A DNA stretch of 41,810 nucleotides from Chiloscyllium plagiosum. Taxonomy: Eukaryota. The DNA is taken from assembly GCF_004010195.1 (NCBI RefSeq), contig NC_057750.1, positions 12,851,459 to 12,893,268 of the forward strand, given 5' to 3'. Below are positions 22,941-35,630 of this stretch, piece after piece. The first letter of the stretch is position 1, and every line of letters starts with the position of its first letter. The notes beneath the pieces were generated by a model. That model made no database searches and was not told the origin of the DNA. It saw only the letters and a program-made list of their open reading frames with translations. The translations under genes and the position numbers were made by a program.

Positions 22941-23545
22941 GAGCCCCAATCAGATCAGGTGGTCAGCATGGATTTTGTGCTGAATTATTGATGGGGTTAG
23001 TAATCCACTGTCATGAGGATTTGTCATCATGCGACCAAGGAAGCTAAACTCTTGTCACCTCATTGTGCCTTTAAATGGCTGCAATTTGTGGGTCATTATT
23101 TTCCTAATTTGCAGTCAGGGTTTTGGGGAGATGTATCATTCTGAGCTGAGCAGCACCGAAGTATTGACAGGACGAGAGAGATGGAACTGAATTGCTCAAT
23201 GGGCACATCAACTGCTAAAGATCGAGGGCATTTTGCACATGCCCCTTTTTTTTAGCAAGTCACTCAGAAGCCATCTTCCCAATGGGAACATCTAACAAGT
23301 CCCCGTGAGGTACTGGATGGTGAAAAGGGTCAATTCAAAATTCACCCCATGAACTCTCAGTCCTTTACAATCTGTTACCTTCAGGAGTTATAACACGTCA
23401 GGCTCCAATTACAGACCAACAGTACTTTGCAGTTCACACAAGATAATCGGGCTTGCTGTTAGGGAAGAGTGACCACGTTCCGATTGATCAGATAGGGAAT
23501 CCAAAAATTAAAAGAGGCCATTCACTGACAAAATGACTCAATTGA

Positions 23546-23875
23546 CGGCAGCACGACGGCTCAGTGGTTAGCACTGCTGCCTCAGGGACCCAGGTTTGAT
23601 TCCAGCCTCAGGCAACTGTCTGTGTGGAGTTTGCACATTCTCCTCATCTCTGTGAGGGCTTGCTCTTGTTTCCTACCACACCCCAAATATGTGCAGTTTA
23701 GGGGGGCATTGGCCATGCTTAAATGCCCATAGTGTCCCTGGATATGCAGGCAGGGTGGATCATCCATGGGGAATATAGCATAGGGGTCTGCGACTGGGTG
23801 GGATGCTCTTCTGAGAATCAGTGTGGACTTGTTGGGCCGAATGGCCTGCTTCACCACTGTAGGGAATCCTACGAA
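23546..23875 (+). mobile_element. HE1-type V-SINE
   Basis: Head cggcagcacgacggctcagtggttagc; tail gtggacttgttgggccgaatggcctg. Confidence 0.92.
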
Positions 23876-24584
23876 TGTATAATTAAACAGAATCAGAGAT
23901 CTGTTAAAATTAGAGTAAATAAGGCAAAACAAAAGACCGCTGTTTATTACAGGGACAAAAATGTGTGTTACACTTGTATTGGATATTGGCTAGGCCCCAT
24001 GATGCAAAGTTCAGGGGCTGTCATTTACAAGCCTGCCATATTCCCACTCCCCCCACTCCGTTCCCCCCTCCACCCCCTCCACATGTAATCTAACTGTCCC
24101 CACTGAGAGGGGAGGAAATCCAGCCCGAGGGAGCGGCTGGGCAAACTAAATAACTAGTTGCTCCACAGCGCCAACAGTGTCAGGTGGCCTCTGAGGAAGA
24201 CAAAGGCTGGAGGCTGGACGTCAGGTTAAAGTCTAGGATTTGGAACAGATCTGGCCAGGAAGGGGTAGGTTGAGGGGGAATGGAATGATCAGGTTTGAAA
24301 GGGCATAGATAGGAACTGGTGTTTAGCCAAAGGCTGGCGGGGGTGGGGGAGGGGGTGGGGGGGAAGGTGGTATAGTCCTCGGCTTTTTGCCTCTGGTAGG
24401 CACAGGGTGCTCACCCTCCTCTCCCAGAAAAAGGAACTTAAACCAGCTCCTCCCTGACAAGAGCATATGCAGTGAAAGCTTCCAGGCTACCTGCCTTACC
24501 CTCACCTTCCCCAGATTGGCCGCTTATTGCTGGAGGAGGCGGAGCAGGAGTAGGCCATTCAGCGAGGTCATAGTCAATCTGATA

Positions 24585-24830
24585 ACTTACAGTGTGGAAA
24601 CAGGCCCTTCGGCCCAACAAGTCCACACCGACCCTCCAAAGAGTAACCCACCCAGACCCATTTCCCTCTGACTAATGCACCTAACACTATGGGCAATTTA
24701 GCGTGGCCAATTCACCTGACTTTGGACTGAGGGAGGAAACCCACACAGCCAGTCACCCAAGGCTGGAATCGAACCTGGGACCCTGGTGCAATGAGGCAGC
24801 AGTGCTAACCACTGAGCCACCGTGCCGCCC
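24585..24830 (-). mobile_element. HE1-type V-SINE nested in a CR1 tail (24530-25030)
   Basis: ttacagtgtggaaacaggcccttcggccc...ccactgagccaccgtgccgccc. Confidence 0.9.
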
Positions 24831-25054
24831 AATAATCCTCAATTGCACTGCCCTGCCTTTTCCCATGACCTCAATTCCCATACTGGTTAAAAATCTCTCG
24901 ATCTAAGCTGTGAATCCAGCCTGAGCAGCTGCCTGCAGGAAAGAATTTCACAAATTCACTCTCCTCTGAGAGAAGAAATTCCTCCTCACTTCTGTCTTTA
25001 ATTTGCCACCACTTACTCTGAGATTATACCCTCCGGCGTAATCGACACTCCCAC

Positions 25055-25140
25055 CATTAAACACCAGTGCGGAGTGACGGCCTCTGCGAGGTGGTGATGT
25101 CGGTGTCATCCTCTGACGAGATGTGATTTCCGATCGCTCC
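25055..25140 (-). CDS. Candidate 86-nt exon (ERSEITSRQRMTPTSPPRRGRHSALVFN)
   Basis: ctctcgccag| acceptor and AATG|gtggga donor; CpG-rich unique sequence. Confidence 0.2.
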
Positions 25141-25664
25141 CTGGCGAGAGCGTGTCGTGAGGAGAGATACCAGCAGTGACAGAGGCACAGTCGCCTTGTG
25201 TAACAAGACGGGAAACTGTCTGCATGATTACTTCAGAAGAATTGGCTTTGAATCCGAGAAGATTGACAGTGAACGTCCCACTGTTGGCTGACTGTGTTCA
25301 GTTCTAGCAAGAGCACCAGTCTCTGTCGGGTATTTCTGACTCATACCCACAGTGTGTAGCATCTTAGCCTGATGGGCTGGAGGCAGTGTAATGGAAGAGT
25401 AGATTGGTGGACTTATCGAGTTGGAATTGTTTGAATCCTGGGAGATGTACTAAGAGGACATTGACTCATTATGAGCTGATTCCAGTTCTGAAATATAGGG
25501 GTTTTGTGCTTTACTGTGCTACTTTAAGTTATTTATTAATTCTGCAGGCCGTTTCGATTGTAGGTAAATCCAAACAACAGTCTTGTCCATCTGTGATGAC
25601 TAAAAATATTGTGGAGACCTGACGTATTCTCTTTGGAGAGGTTTCATTGCTCAAGCAATGCTAA

Positions 25665-26012
25665 CGGTGGCACGGTGGCTCAGTGGCTAGCACTGCTGCC
25701 TCACAGCACCAGGTTCCCAGGTTCAATTCCAGCCTCGGGTGGCTGTCTTATTAGATTAGATTAGATTACTTACAGTGTGGAAACAGGCCCTTCGGCCCAA
25801 CAAGTGGAGTTTGCACATTCTCCCCGTGTCTGCATAGGTTTCCTCCCACAGTCCAAAGATGAGCAGGTTAGGTGAATTGGCCATCTAAAATTGTCCATAG
25901 TGTTAGGTGCATTCGTCAGGGGGGGGGGTGGGTTGCTCTTCGCAGGGTTGGTGTGGACTTGTTGGGCCGAAGGGCCTGTTTCCACTCTGTAGGGAATTCA
26001 ATCTAATCTAAA
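25665..26012 (+). mobile_element. HE1-type V-SINE containing an inverted 3'-tail fragment
   Basis: Head at 25665; (ttaga)n-cttacagtgtggaaacaggcccttcggcccaacaagt inserted at about 25748-25805. Confidence 0.9.
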
Positions 26013-26429
26013 CAGGCAGGTTGTTGGGATCTGTCTATTCATGGAAACACAGAGATTATAGGAAAAGCTCAGCTATTGATGTAGAAGTACTGTTGCAATC
26101 CTGGCTGAGGGGGGAGGTAGTGATCTAATGGGGTGTTATTCAATTATTAAACCACAGGCGCACATAATGTGCTGGGGATCTGGGATCGAATCCCACTGAG
26201 GCAGAGGTGATTTTTGTTCGAGGGTCTAATGATGACATTGTTGGCTTTTGGTGCAGTCTTTCACCGAGGACAGCGGTAGGTCCCTACCTCTGAGCCAGGA
26301 CACCTGTGTTTGAATCCCAGCTGCTCCAGAGCTGTGTAATCGAATGGCTACACAGGCTGATTACAAAATATCAGTAAGCCATACTTTTTTGTGTAATTTG
26401 GTTGCCATGGGTGTCAATCATTGACCATA

Positions 26430-26915
26430 GAGTCATAGAGATGTACAGCACAGAAACGGACCCTTCGATCCAACTCCTCCATGCTGATCAGATATCCTAA
26501 ATTAATCTAATCCCATTTGCCAGCACTTGCCTCTAAACCCTTCCTATTCATATACTCATCCAGATGCCTTTTAAATGTTGCAATTGTACCAGCCTCCACC
26601 ACTTCCTCTGGCAGCTCATTCCATACACACACCACTCTCTGTATGAAAAACCTGCCCCTTAGGTCCCTTTCAAATCTTTCCCCTCTCACCTTAAACCTAT
26701 GCCCTCCAGTTCTGGTCTTCCCTTTCCTGGGGTAAAGACCTTGTCTATTTACCCTATCCATGCCCCTCATGATTTTATAAACCTGTATAAGGTCACCCCT
26801 CTGCCTCCGACACTCCAGGGAAAACAGCCCCAGCCTATTCAGCCTCTCCCTGTAGCTCAACCCTCCAACTCCGGCAACATCCTTGTAAATCTTTTCTGAA
26901 CCCTTTCAAGTTTCA
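26430..26915 (-). mobile_element. CR1 3' region
   Basis: ORF 26507-26860: YRERLNRLGLFSLE...WNELPEEVV. Confidence 0.96.
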
Positions 26916-27489
26916 TCGTCACAAAAAAGCAGCCAAATTACTTAGAACAAAAGAACATCAAAATGTTTTATGCACTAAAGAGGAAAAAAAACATTGTTGA
27001 ATTATATATCTGAACTATTTGAGACAGTTTTATTACAAGCAGCAGAAATAAGGATCCAACCCACTTACACTCACAGCTACTGTATAGAGACTGAAACCTC
27101 AGAAAACAGTTACTGAATTTCCATTTTGAAGTTTGTTGATTGTTTGGAAAGACTGCACTTTTGTTTCTTACTGAAAAATCTCTACATTTGATTGATGCTG
27201 CCTTCTTTAGTTAATGTCTCTTCCTGAAACTTTTAATCAAGCCACTAAATTATTCTGACAATGGATTCCTTAAAGTCATTTCCAGCAGCCTTCTGTATCT
27301 GGAGCTATTCTCTTGCTGTCTGGAGTTTCTTTTCTTCTGTCATGACTGTTCAAGAGACTGCATTGCTGGCATTAGATCGTAGCTCCATGCTAAGCCTCCC
27401 GTTTGGCCTCTCAAATGCTCCCCCGCAACTCACTTGGGCCTTCTGAGTAGGCCGTTCCAGAATTCCAAACCCTGCTCACAGAATGATCT

Positions 27490-27662
27490 CACAAACTCTT
27501 AACAATTGCCCGTACCTGTGTTTTTATTTTTGCCGCTGTTTACCTATTGTTTACTTATCTATCGCTACTGCACTCAGTGACCTGCTTGTATTGCTCACAA
27601 AACAAAGCTTTTCACTGTGTCTCGGTACACGTGACAATCAATTCAATTCAAATTCAATTCAA
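27490..27662 (+). mobile_element. Rex1/Babar-type 3' tail
   Basis: cttttcactgtgtctcggtacacgtgacaat followed by (caatt)n. Confidence 0.8.
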
Positions 27663-28029
27663 ACTGTTCCCTTCCGAAAGGAACTTGCACACTCACTGCC
27701 TTCGGAATGGTTCATTCTAAAAAAAAAGGTACTTCGATCTCCCTCTCATTGTAAAGCAACACTGAATTTATATTTCCCTTTTAATAGATATTTTTAATTT
27801 TTCTGTTCTAATTTGATGTGACACATGTATGGAGCAGGTACGATTTAAACACATGCTTTCTGACCAGAGACAAGGATATTACTATCACATCGCAAGAGCC
27901 TTTTCAGCTCCTGTATCTTTGTTTTTCTAAAGGACTGAACTCTGCAACTCAAGAGGACTTTTTTTCATACAAACACATTTTCGGGTGACCTTGTAAATCC
28001 TGTGATTCTTCAATGGTTTTTTTTCTTCA

Positions 28030-28340
28030 AATTAATTCATGGAATGTGGGCATCAACGGCTGGGCCTAGCTTTTATTGCCCCGTCCCTAGTTGCCCCTTG
28101 AGAAGGTGGGGGTGAGCTGCCTCCTTGAACCGCTGCAGTCCATGTGCTGTGGGTTGACCCACAATGTTATTAGGGAGGGAATCCCAGGATTTTGACCCAG
28201 CGACACTGAAGGAACGGTGATATATTTCCAAGTCAGGCTTGGAGGGGAACTTGCAGGAGGAGGTCTTCCCACATTTCTGCTGTCCCCTGTTCTTCTCAAT
28301 TGGAGTGGTCATGGGTTTGGAAGCTGTTGCCTGAGGATTT
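28030..28340 (-). mobile_element. CR1/L2-group LINE 3' end
   Basis: tttattgccccgtccctagttgccccttgagaaggtgg...; KSWDSLPNNIVG. Confidence 0.8.
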
Positions 28341-29309
28341 TTGCTGGATTTGTAGGTAGGGGATTGGGTGGGGCCCTGTAAAATAAAACAGGTGACCAAC
28401 CTATTGCCTGCTCCGTGAACTGTCTCCCATATTAAGGTCCAGTGTCAGGCAACCCCCGCCTGTGCTGAGGGCTATCAGATGCTCATAGGGTTAATGTTTG
28501 GCCGATAAAGGCTCACATTCAGTTTCCAATGAAATCTTCCCGTCGGGCAGTGCACAAGATGCTGACAGAGATGGATCTAGGATATCTCCATTTGTGGATT
28601 TCCAAGATGGGTTCTCCCGAAGGTCGTAGCTCCATGCTAAGCCTTCCGTTTGGCCTCTCAAATGCTCCCCCCAACTCACTCAGGCCTTCTGAGCAGGCCG
28701 TACCAGAATTCCAAACCTGCTCAAACTGGAAATTCAATATTCTTCTTTTTTGTGGGCCGCTTGTAATTCCAGCAGTGACCAACAGGGTGTGGGACTGGCA
28801 TCAGTTACCTCAGGTCTCAATAACCAGGCTGTGGGGCCTGAGGGGCTCCCATGGAATCAGGCTGGGCGAGGGGACACCTAGGTCTTAGGCCGGAGCACAC
28901 CCTGGACCATTATTTCTGTCCCTGTCCCTGGGATGTGCCACTTGGAGTGCATAAAAGCATGGGGCAGCCTGGTTTCTGGCCAGTGCAGTGCCAAGGGGCT
29001 TTCCAATAGCGCGATGGGGGAAGGGAGAGGACTGGCACTCTATTCCCCTTCCCACCATAAAATCCACCCCATCTTCTGTCAAGGAAGATTGAAATCCCTG
29101 ATGCTCATCCCCCTTGAAAATAAAACAACTGACAGTAAGTCTTGACTGGAATCTGTAAAATCCTAAAACACTCCAAACCTACTGTTTTCTCATTCACTCG
29201 TGGGACATTGACGTCATTGGCTGGCCAGACTTTATTGCCTTGTCCCCAGTTGCTCTTGAGAATGAGATGCCTAATTCTAAAGTTCATCCATTTAAGATCA
29301 TCACAAATA

Positions 29310-30305
29310 AATCATAGAATCATAGAGACATACAGCATGGAAACAGGCTGTTTGGTCCAACCCGTCCATGCTGATCAGATATGCCAACCTGATCTAGCCC
29401 CATTTGCCAGCACTTGGCTCATATCGCTCTAAACCCTTCCTGTTCATATATCCATCCAGATGCCTTTTAAATGTTGTAATTGTACCAGCCTCCACCACTA
29501 CCTCTGGCAGCTCATTCTACACAAGCAGCAGAAGTGAGTACTGCAGATGCTGGAGATTAGAGTCAAGATTAAAGTGGTGTTGGAAAAGAGGTTCCTCATT
29601 CCTGATGAAGGGCTTTTGCCCAAAACGTCGATTTTCCTACTCTTCAGATGCTGCCTGACCTGCTGTGCTTTTCCAGCACCACTCTAATCATTCCATGCAC
29701 GCACCAACCTCTGTGTGAAAAAGTTGCCCCTTAGGTCCCTTTTACATTTTTTCCCTCTCATCGTAAACCTATGCCTTCTAGTTTTGGACTTCACTGCACT
29801 GGGGAAAAGACCTTGCCTATTCAACCTATCCACACCCCTCAAGTTTTTATAAACTTCTATAAGGTCACCCCCTCAGCCTCTGATGCTCCAGGGAAAACAG
29901 CCCCAGCCTATTCAGCCTCTCCCTCTAGCTCAATGCCTGGTAACATCCTTGTAAATTTTTTCAGTATCTTTTCAAGTTTAAAAACATCCTTCCTATAGCT
30001 GGGAGACCAGAACTAAACACAGTATTCCAAAAGTGGCCTAACCAATGTCCTGCACAGCTGCAGAATGACCTCCTAACTCCTGTTGACTGTAGTCTGACCC
30101 ATAAAGGAAAACATATCAAACACCCTCCTCACTATCTTATCTACCTGAGATTCCACTTTCAAGGAACTATAAACCTGCACTCCAAGGTCTCTTTGTTCAG
30201 CAACACTCCCCAGGACCTTACCATTAAGTGTATAAGTCCTGCTAAGATTTGCTTTTCCAAAATGCAACACCTCACATTTATCTGAATTAAACTCCCTCTG
30301 CAACT
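29310..30305 (-). mobile_element. CR1 RT to 3' end with a nested PLE insertion
   Basis: FNSDKCEVLHFGK...EQRDLGVQV; tail atcatagaatcatagag. Confidence 0.94.
29525..29688. mobile_element. PLE pLTR partial fold-back with hammerhead-like core
   Basis: ctgatga-a-gggc-tttt-gccc-aaaacgtc at 29602-29629; tcattc on both flanks. Confidence 0.8.
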
Positions 30306-30799
30306 CCTCGGCAGAAGAATTCAGGAGCAATTCAGGGATTGGTGAGAACGTGGAGCTCGGTATGGCAGGGGGTGGGGGGGCACTCAAGGTGATGACTGGA
30401 GATACATTTAAGGGGAAACTAGACAGAATTACAGTTCTGTTGGAGTGGCGGAGGAGACCATTCAGCCCATCACAGACTCTACGAGTGCGTGTCATAACGT
30501 AGTGCCATTCTCCTGCCTATTCCCCATCACCCTGCAGAGTGTTCCTCCTCAAATCAGCCTCCCTTGATCGAACCTGACTCCACCACAATTATAAGCCAAG
30601 CATTCTAGACCCTGACAGACCTGCTGTAAGTTAAAAATAAAGCCCAGATACATGCACGAAGAAGAATTGATTAGAAAGCTTAACAATAACTGAGGGTGAC
30701 AGACTGGTTGAGTTGAATGGTCTCTTTTTGTGATATATGTTCTGTGCACTTTTATATAAACCCACAAAATACCTTCATTGCTCAGTTGTGTGTGGGAGT

Positions 30800-31370
30800 T
30801 ATAATATTATGTTGGGGTTGGTGAGGCCTCTTCTGGAGTACCGTGTACAATTTTGGTCACCCTGCTATCGGAAGGATATTATTCAGCTGGAGGGGGTTCA
30901 GAAGAGACTAACCAGGATGTTGCCGGGTATGCAAGGTTCGAGTTATACAGAAAGGCTGGATAGGCTGGGACTTCTTTTCACTGGAGCATAGGAATTTGAG
31001 GGGGAGACCTTAATGAGGTTTATCAAATCATGAGGGGCATAGTTGGAGTCTTTTCCCCAGGATGGAGTACTTCAAGACCACGGGGCACATTTTTAAGGTG
31101 AGAGGAGAGAGATTTAAAAAAAAAACATGATGAGGACATTTTTTTACACAAAGGGTGGTTCGCAAGCGGAATGAAGGTCCTGAGGAAGTGGTGGATGCGG
31201 GTACAGTTACAACGTTTAAAAAAACATTTAGATATGTCATGAATAGGAAAGGTTTGGAGGGATACGGGCCAAGCACAGGCAGGTGGGACTAGTTTAGTTT
31301 GGGATTACATTCAGCATGGACTAGTTGGATCGAACAATTTGCTCCTGTGCTGTTTGACTCTATGACTGTC
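30800..31370 (+). mobile_element. CR1 3' region
   Basis: LVRPLLEYRVQFWSPCYRKDII. Confidence 0.94.
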
Positions 31371-32477
31371 TGTCCCTCTGAGTCCAAAATGTTTATTTAT
31401 TGTTTATCCCGTCAAGAACTACATCCAAATAGCAGCTGATGAATCCAGGGTTTGAAGTGTTGTGGGGATAGGGATGGGCAATAAAGATCAGCATAGCCTG
31501 TGACGCCCACATTCTGTGAACAAATTAAAATCATACAAATTCAAACCTCACCAATGTATATACTTATTAATCAATCTGTTCAGAGCTTGCATTGCACATT
31601 GCTGGACTAGTTGAGATATTAACTCAGATCTCCTGGCTTAGAGGTAGGGTCACTATCACTGTGCTACATCAACCCCCTCCATCCCAGCACTTTACTTTGA
31701 ATGAATAAAGTTGGACAGAATGCTAATCTGTTGGATAAGCCTCCCTGGTTTCTCATGTCCGATAGGGAGGGAAATCTGCCAACTTCTGACCCACGTGTGA
31801 CTCCAACCCCATGTGATTGGTTCTTAGCTGTCCGCTGAAGTGGACTGGCAAGATGCTCAGTTGTAGTTGGTTCACCAATGGTGACTCGGGGGCAACTGAT
31901 CAAGGGCACTGCCAGGTCAGCATCACCCACACCCCACCGTACGAAATAGTAAACAGGTGTAATGTCAGACTAACTGCGTCAGAGAATCCCACAGGCTCAC
32001 TGTCTTCAATTAAAATACCCAGATCCGAGAAATATTGCACAACACAATGGGGGCAAAGCAGGAGGTTGCCCAGTGGAAGAGTCAGTGCTGACAGGATGGG
32101 CCAAATGGCCTCTGTAACTATCCCGGGTGTAAGTTCCAGTGGTTTTCCAGATTTATGTTACTGTTCAGGTTTCTTCAGTGTTTCTTTCCACACTGACATA
32201 TCGCAAACATAAGATCTTTTCCATGATCTCACCCAATTCGGCAGTGTTTTAGAACATAATTGTTCTTTTTTATTCCCTCACATTAAAATTAATCTTTCAG
32301 ATGGATGACAGTTGGAACAGTGAAGTTTTATTAATTCAGCTGAAATTGAGTTCTTAATTAGAATTTCTGGCGAGTAGCATGATTTTAGTTCATGGAAGTT
32401 GAATGTAGGAAACATTGTTGAACCGTTTACTAGTTTACAAAATCTGGATATTTGAAATATTTTTAATACTTGGAAAG

Positions 32478-32607
32478 GTTTCCTGATGAAGGGATTAAGA
32501 CCGAAGGTCGACTCTCCTGCTCTTTGGCTGCTGCCTGACCGGCTGTGCTTTTCCAGCACCACACTCTCAACTCTGATCTCCAGCATCTGCAGAACCCCAC
32601 TTTCTCT
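32478..32607 (+). mobile_element. PLE pLTR fragment
   Basis: ctgatgaagggattaagaccgaaggtcgac...ccagcatctgcag; approximate TSD ttaata...aaaggt. Confidence 0.78.
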
Positions 32608-32874
32608 TAATATTTAAAAGGTGCCTATTTGTGCCTTAGCTTTAAGAGTTTTAGGAGTTTAGGACTTTCCAAATCCATGGCCACTTCCATCCAAAAGGCA
32701 AAGAATAGTTGACAACAGACCACAGATCCCCCTCAAGCCCGGCCTACTCAATCTCCATGGCAAATATCTCATACGCTTTCTTAACTACCTGCCCCCTACC
32801 TTAAGGAACCGGTGAGCTTGGACACCAAAATCCATCTGATCCTCAATGCTTCCTAGAAATCCCATCGTTCATCA

Positions 32875-33600
32875 CATCATAGAGAAACAGACCCTTCGGC
32901 CCAACCAGTCCATGCTGAGCGTAATCTCAAACTAAATTAGTCCCACCTGCCTGCTCCTGGCCCACATCTCTCCAAACCTCTCATCCTCAAAGTCATTTCT
33001 AAATGTCTTTTAAACATCGTAACTATACCCGCATCCACCACATCCTCTGGAAATTCATTCCACATTTGGTCTATCCTGCCAGCACTCTTTGTGTAAAACA
33101 AAATTGCCCCCGTGTCTTTTTTAAATCTCTCTCCACTCCCTGTAAACATATGCTCCCTAGTCAGGAAATACCCCACTCTAAGGAAAAGACACTTACCTAT
33201 GCCAGTCATGATTATATAAACCTCTATAAGTCACCCCTTAACCTCCTACATTCCAGTGAAAAAACTCCCAGCCTTTCCCTATAACTCAAGCCCTCCATTC
33301 CCAGCAATATCCCAGTAAATTTCTTCTGAACCCTCTCCAGTTTAACAATATCCTTCCTGTGACAGGGAGACCAGAACTGCACACAGTGCTCCAGAAGAGA
33401 CCTCACCAATGTCCTGTACAAGCTCAACATGGCGTCCCGACTCCTATACTCAATGGACTTGAGCAATGAAGGCAAGTATTTCCTTGTCTTGTATGTCCTG
33501 CCCACCTGCTTTACCTCACACTTATCCAAATTAAATTCCAATTGCCACTGCTCAGTCCATCTGCCCGGGCCATCTATACCCTCTTATAGTCCAAGGCTGT
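32875..33600 (-). mobile_element. CR1 3' region
   Basis: LYRTLVRSLLEHCVQFWSPCHRKDIVKLERVQK. Confidence 0.93.
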
Positions 33601-33949
33601 CCTTGATTTCCTTTGTATATCTTGAACCACTCACCATCCTGATTGGGAAACGTGTCACTGTTCCTTCAGTGTCAATCTGAGTCAAAATTCTGGAAGTCTT
33701 TCCCTAACAGCACCGGAGATATCCCTACCCTAATATGGACTGCAGCAGCTCAAGAAGGCAGCTGACCACCGTCTTCTCTAGGGGGCAACTCCAACAGTAC
33801 AAAAAGTACTGACCCAGCTAGTGATGCCCACTTCCTGTGAACAGACAAAGGGATTGGTGTAAAGGTGAAAAATCATGATTGGTTTGATTTGAGGGCCATG
33901 TTTTTGTAGGGCCTGATGTGTCTGAACCTGGCGAAAACAATTAGGCAAA

Positions 33950-34190
33950 GGGCTGGCACGGTGGCTCAGTGGTTAGCACTGCTGCCTCACAGCGCTAGGA
34001 AGCTGGGCTTGATTCCCACCTCGGGTAACTGTCTGTGTGGAGTTTGCACATTCTCTGCATGGGTTTCCTCCCACAGTCCAAAGATGTGCAGGTTAGATGG
34101 ATTGGCCATACTGGATGTGCAGTCTAAGCAGGCCAGTGTAGACTTGATGGACCAAATGGCCTGCTTCCACACTACCAGGATTCTACGAAA
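33950..34190 (+). mobile_element. HE1-type V-SINE, internally deleted
   Basis: ggcacggtggctcagtggttagcactgctgcc. Confidence 0.9.
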
Positions 34191-34309
34191 GCGCATTTTA
34201 CATTGACCAAGGTCTGTGCTTGGCACTACTTCTGTGACACTTCGGCTAATTCTGGGCGCATTGTGCTGAAGAGGATTCTGACCCTGTGACATCAACATGC
34301 AGCATCACC

Positions 34310-34610
34310 CGTGGACCAGTTGACCGCACTCTTTCCTCAGAGTCAGACAGGCTGGGAGTCTAACCCCCTGTCCCCGCAGTGAGACTCAGCTACAAGGCCT
34401 GGCTGCCAGGGATTGCCACACATGCCACCTCTTAGTCAGGTTGGTCATATTCATCTCTCGACCAACTCTTTAAAAATCCCTATGGTTTGGCCTCGAGCCC
34501 ATTGCTGTTTGTGGGATCTTGCTGTACACAAACTGCCTGCCATATTTCCTGTGCTTCGTGCCAATGCTGTCGAGTGGTTTGAGATGACCTGAGGGTGTTC
34601 GGGCGTCATG
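34310..34610 (+). mobile_element. DeuSINE-like relic
   Basis: cactctttcctcagagtcaga head; attgctgtttgtgggatcttgctgtacacaaactgcctgcc. Confidence 0.6.
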
Positions 34611-34887
34611 GTGAGCTGACGGCAACATTCCTGAAGCTATTTTCCCAGCTGGCCAAGCTCTCAGGAGGTGGGGTCAAAAATGCAGTGGGTGGCATCTGAA
34701 ATTCAGTCCGTAAAGTCTGGAACGAAAGCTTGGTTATGGTACCCCCGAGGTGAAATAAGAAGGAAATCGGCCTTCCTTACCTGGCCTGGCCTACTTGTGA
34801 CACCAGCCCCACCACAAACCTGCCCTCCAAAATGGCCTAAAGAGGCAATCAGTCCAAGGGGATGGTGCCAACACCCACATCCCACAG

Positions 34888-35630
34888 AACGATTTACAAG
34901 GATGTTGCCAGGGTTGGAGGATTTGAGCTACAGGGAGAGGCTGCATAGGCTGGGGCTGTTTTCCCTGGAGCGTCAGAGGCTGAGGGGTGACCTTACAGAG
35001 GTTCATAAAATCTTGGATAAGGTGAATAGTCAAGGTCTTTTCCCTGGGGGGGGGGGGGGGTACTCCAAAACTAGAGGGCGTAAGTTTCAGGTGAGAGATC
35101 TAAAAGGCACCTAAGGGGCAACGAAATATAACTAGGGGGCGTGCATTTAAGGTAGGAGGGTGAAAATTGAAAGGAGATGTGAGGGGCAAGTTTTTTTACA
35201 GAGAGCGTGATAGGAGTGTGCGACGCGCTGCCAGAAATGGTGACGGAGGCAGGTATAACAGTGGCATTTGAGAGACTTTTAGATAATCACTTGCATGTAC
35301 AAGAAATGGGCTAAGAGCAGGCAGAAGGGATTAGTTTAACTTGACATCATGTTCAGCACAGCATTGAGGGACTTTTCTTGTGCTGTACTGTTCTATATTC
35401 TAACCTTTTCACCCAGAGTGTGTCTGGAATGAGCTGCCAGAGGAGGTGGTGGAGGCTGGTATAATTACAACATTGAAAAGGCGTCTGGATGTGTATATGA
35501 ATAGGAAGGGTTTACAGGAATATGGGCCAAGTGCTGGTTAATGGGACTAGATTAGGTTGGGATATCTGGTCGGTGCGGACGAGTTGGACCAAAGGGTCTG
35601 TTTCCGTGCTGACCAATCCCGATGACTCTA
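34888..35630 (+). mobile_element. CR1 3' region with a second CR1 3' end nested at about 35125-35400
   Basis: RFTRMLPGLEDLSYRERL; host sequence resumes at aaccttttcacccagag (35402). Confidence 0.9.

Noticed and set aside
23546..23620. tRNA genes at SINE heads
   Set aside because: A/B-box heads continue into the V-SINE core and tail, so they are not standalone tRNAs.
27250..27380. Minus-strand protein-like stretch MTEEKKLQTARE*LQIQKAAGNDFKESIVRII
   Set aside because: In-frame stops, no recognisable homolog, and too short to call a pseudogene.
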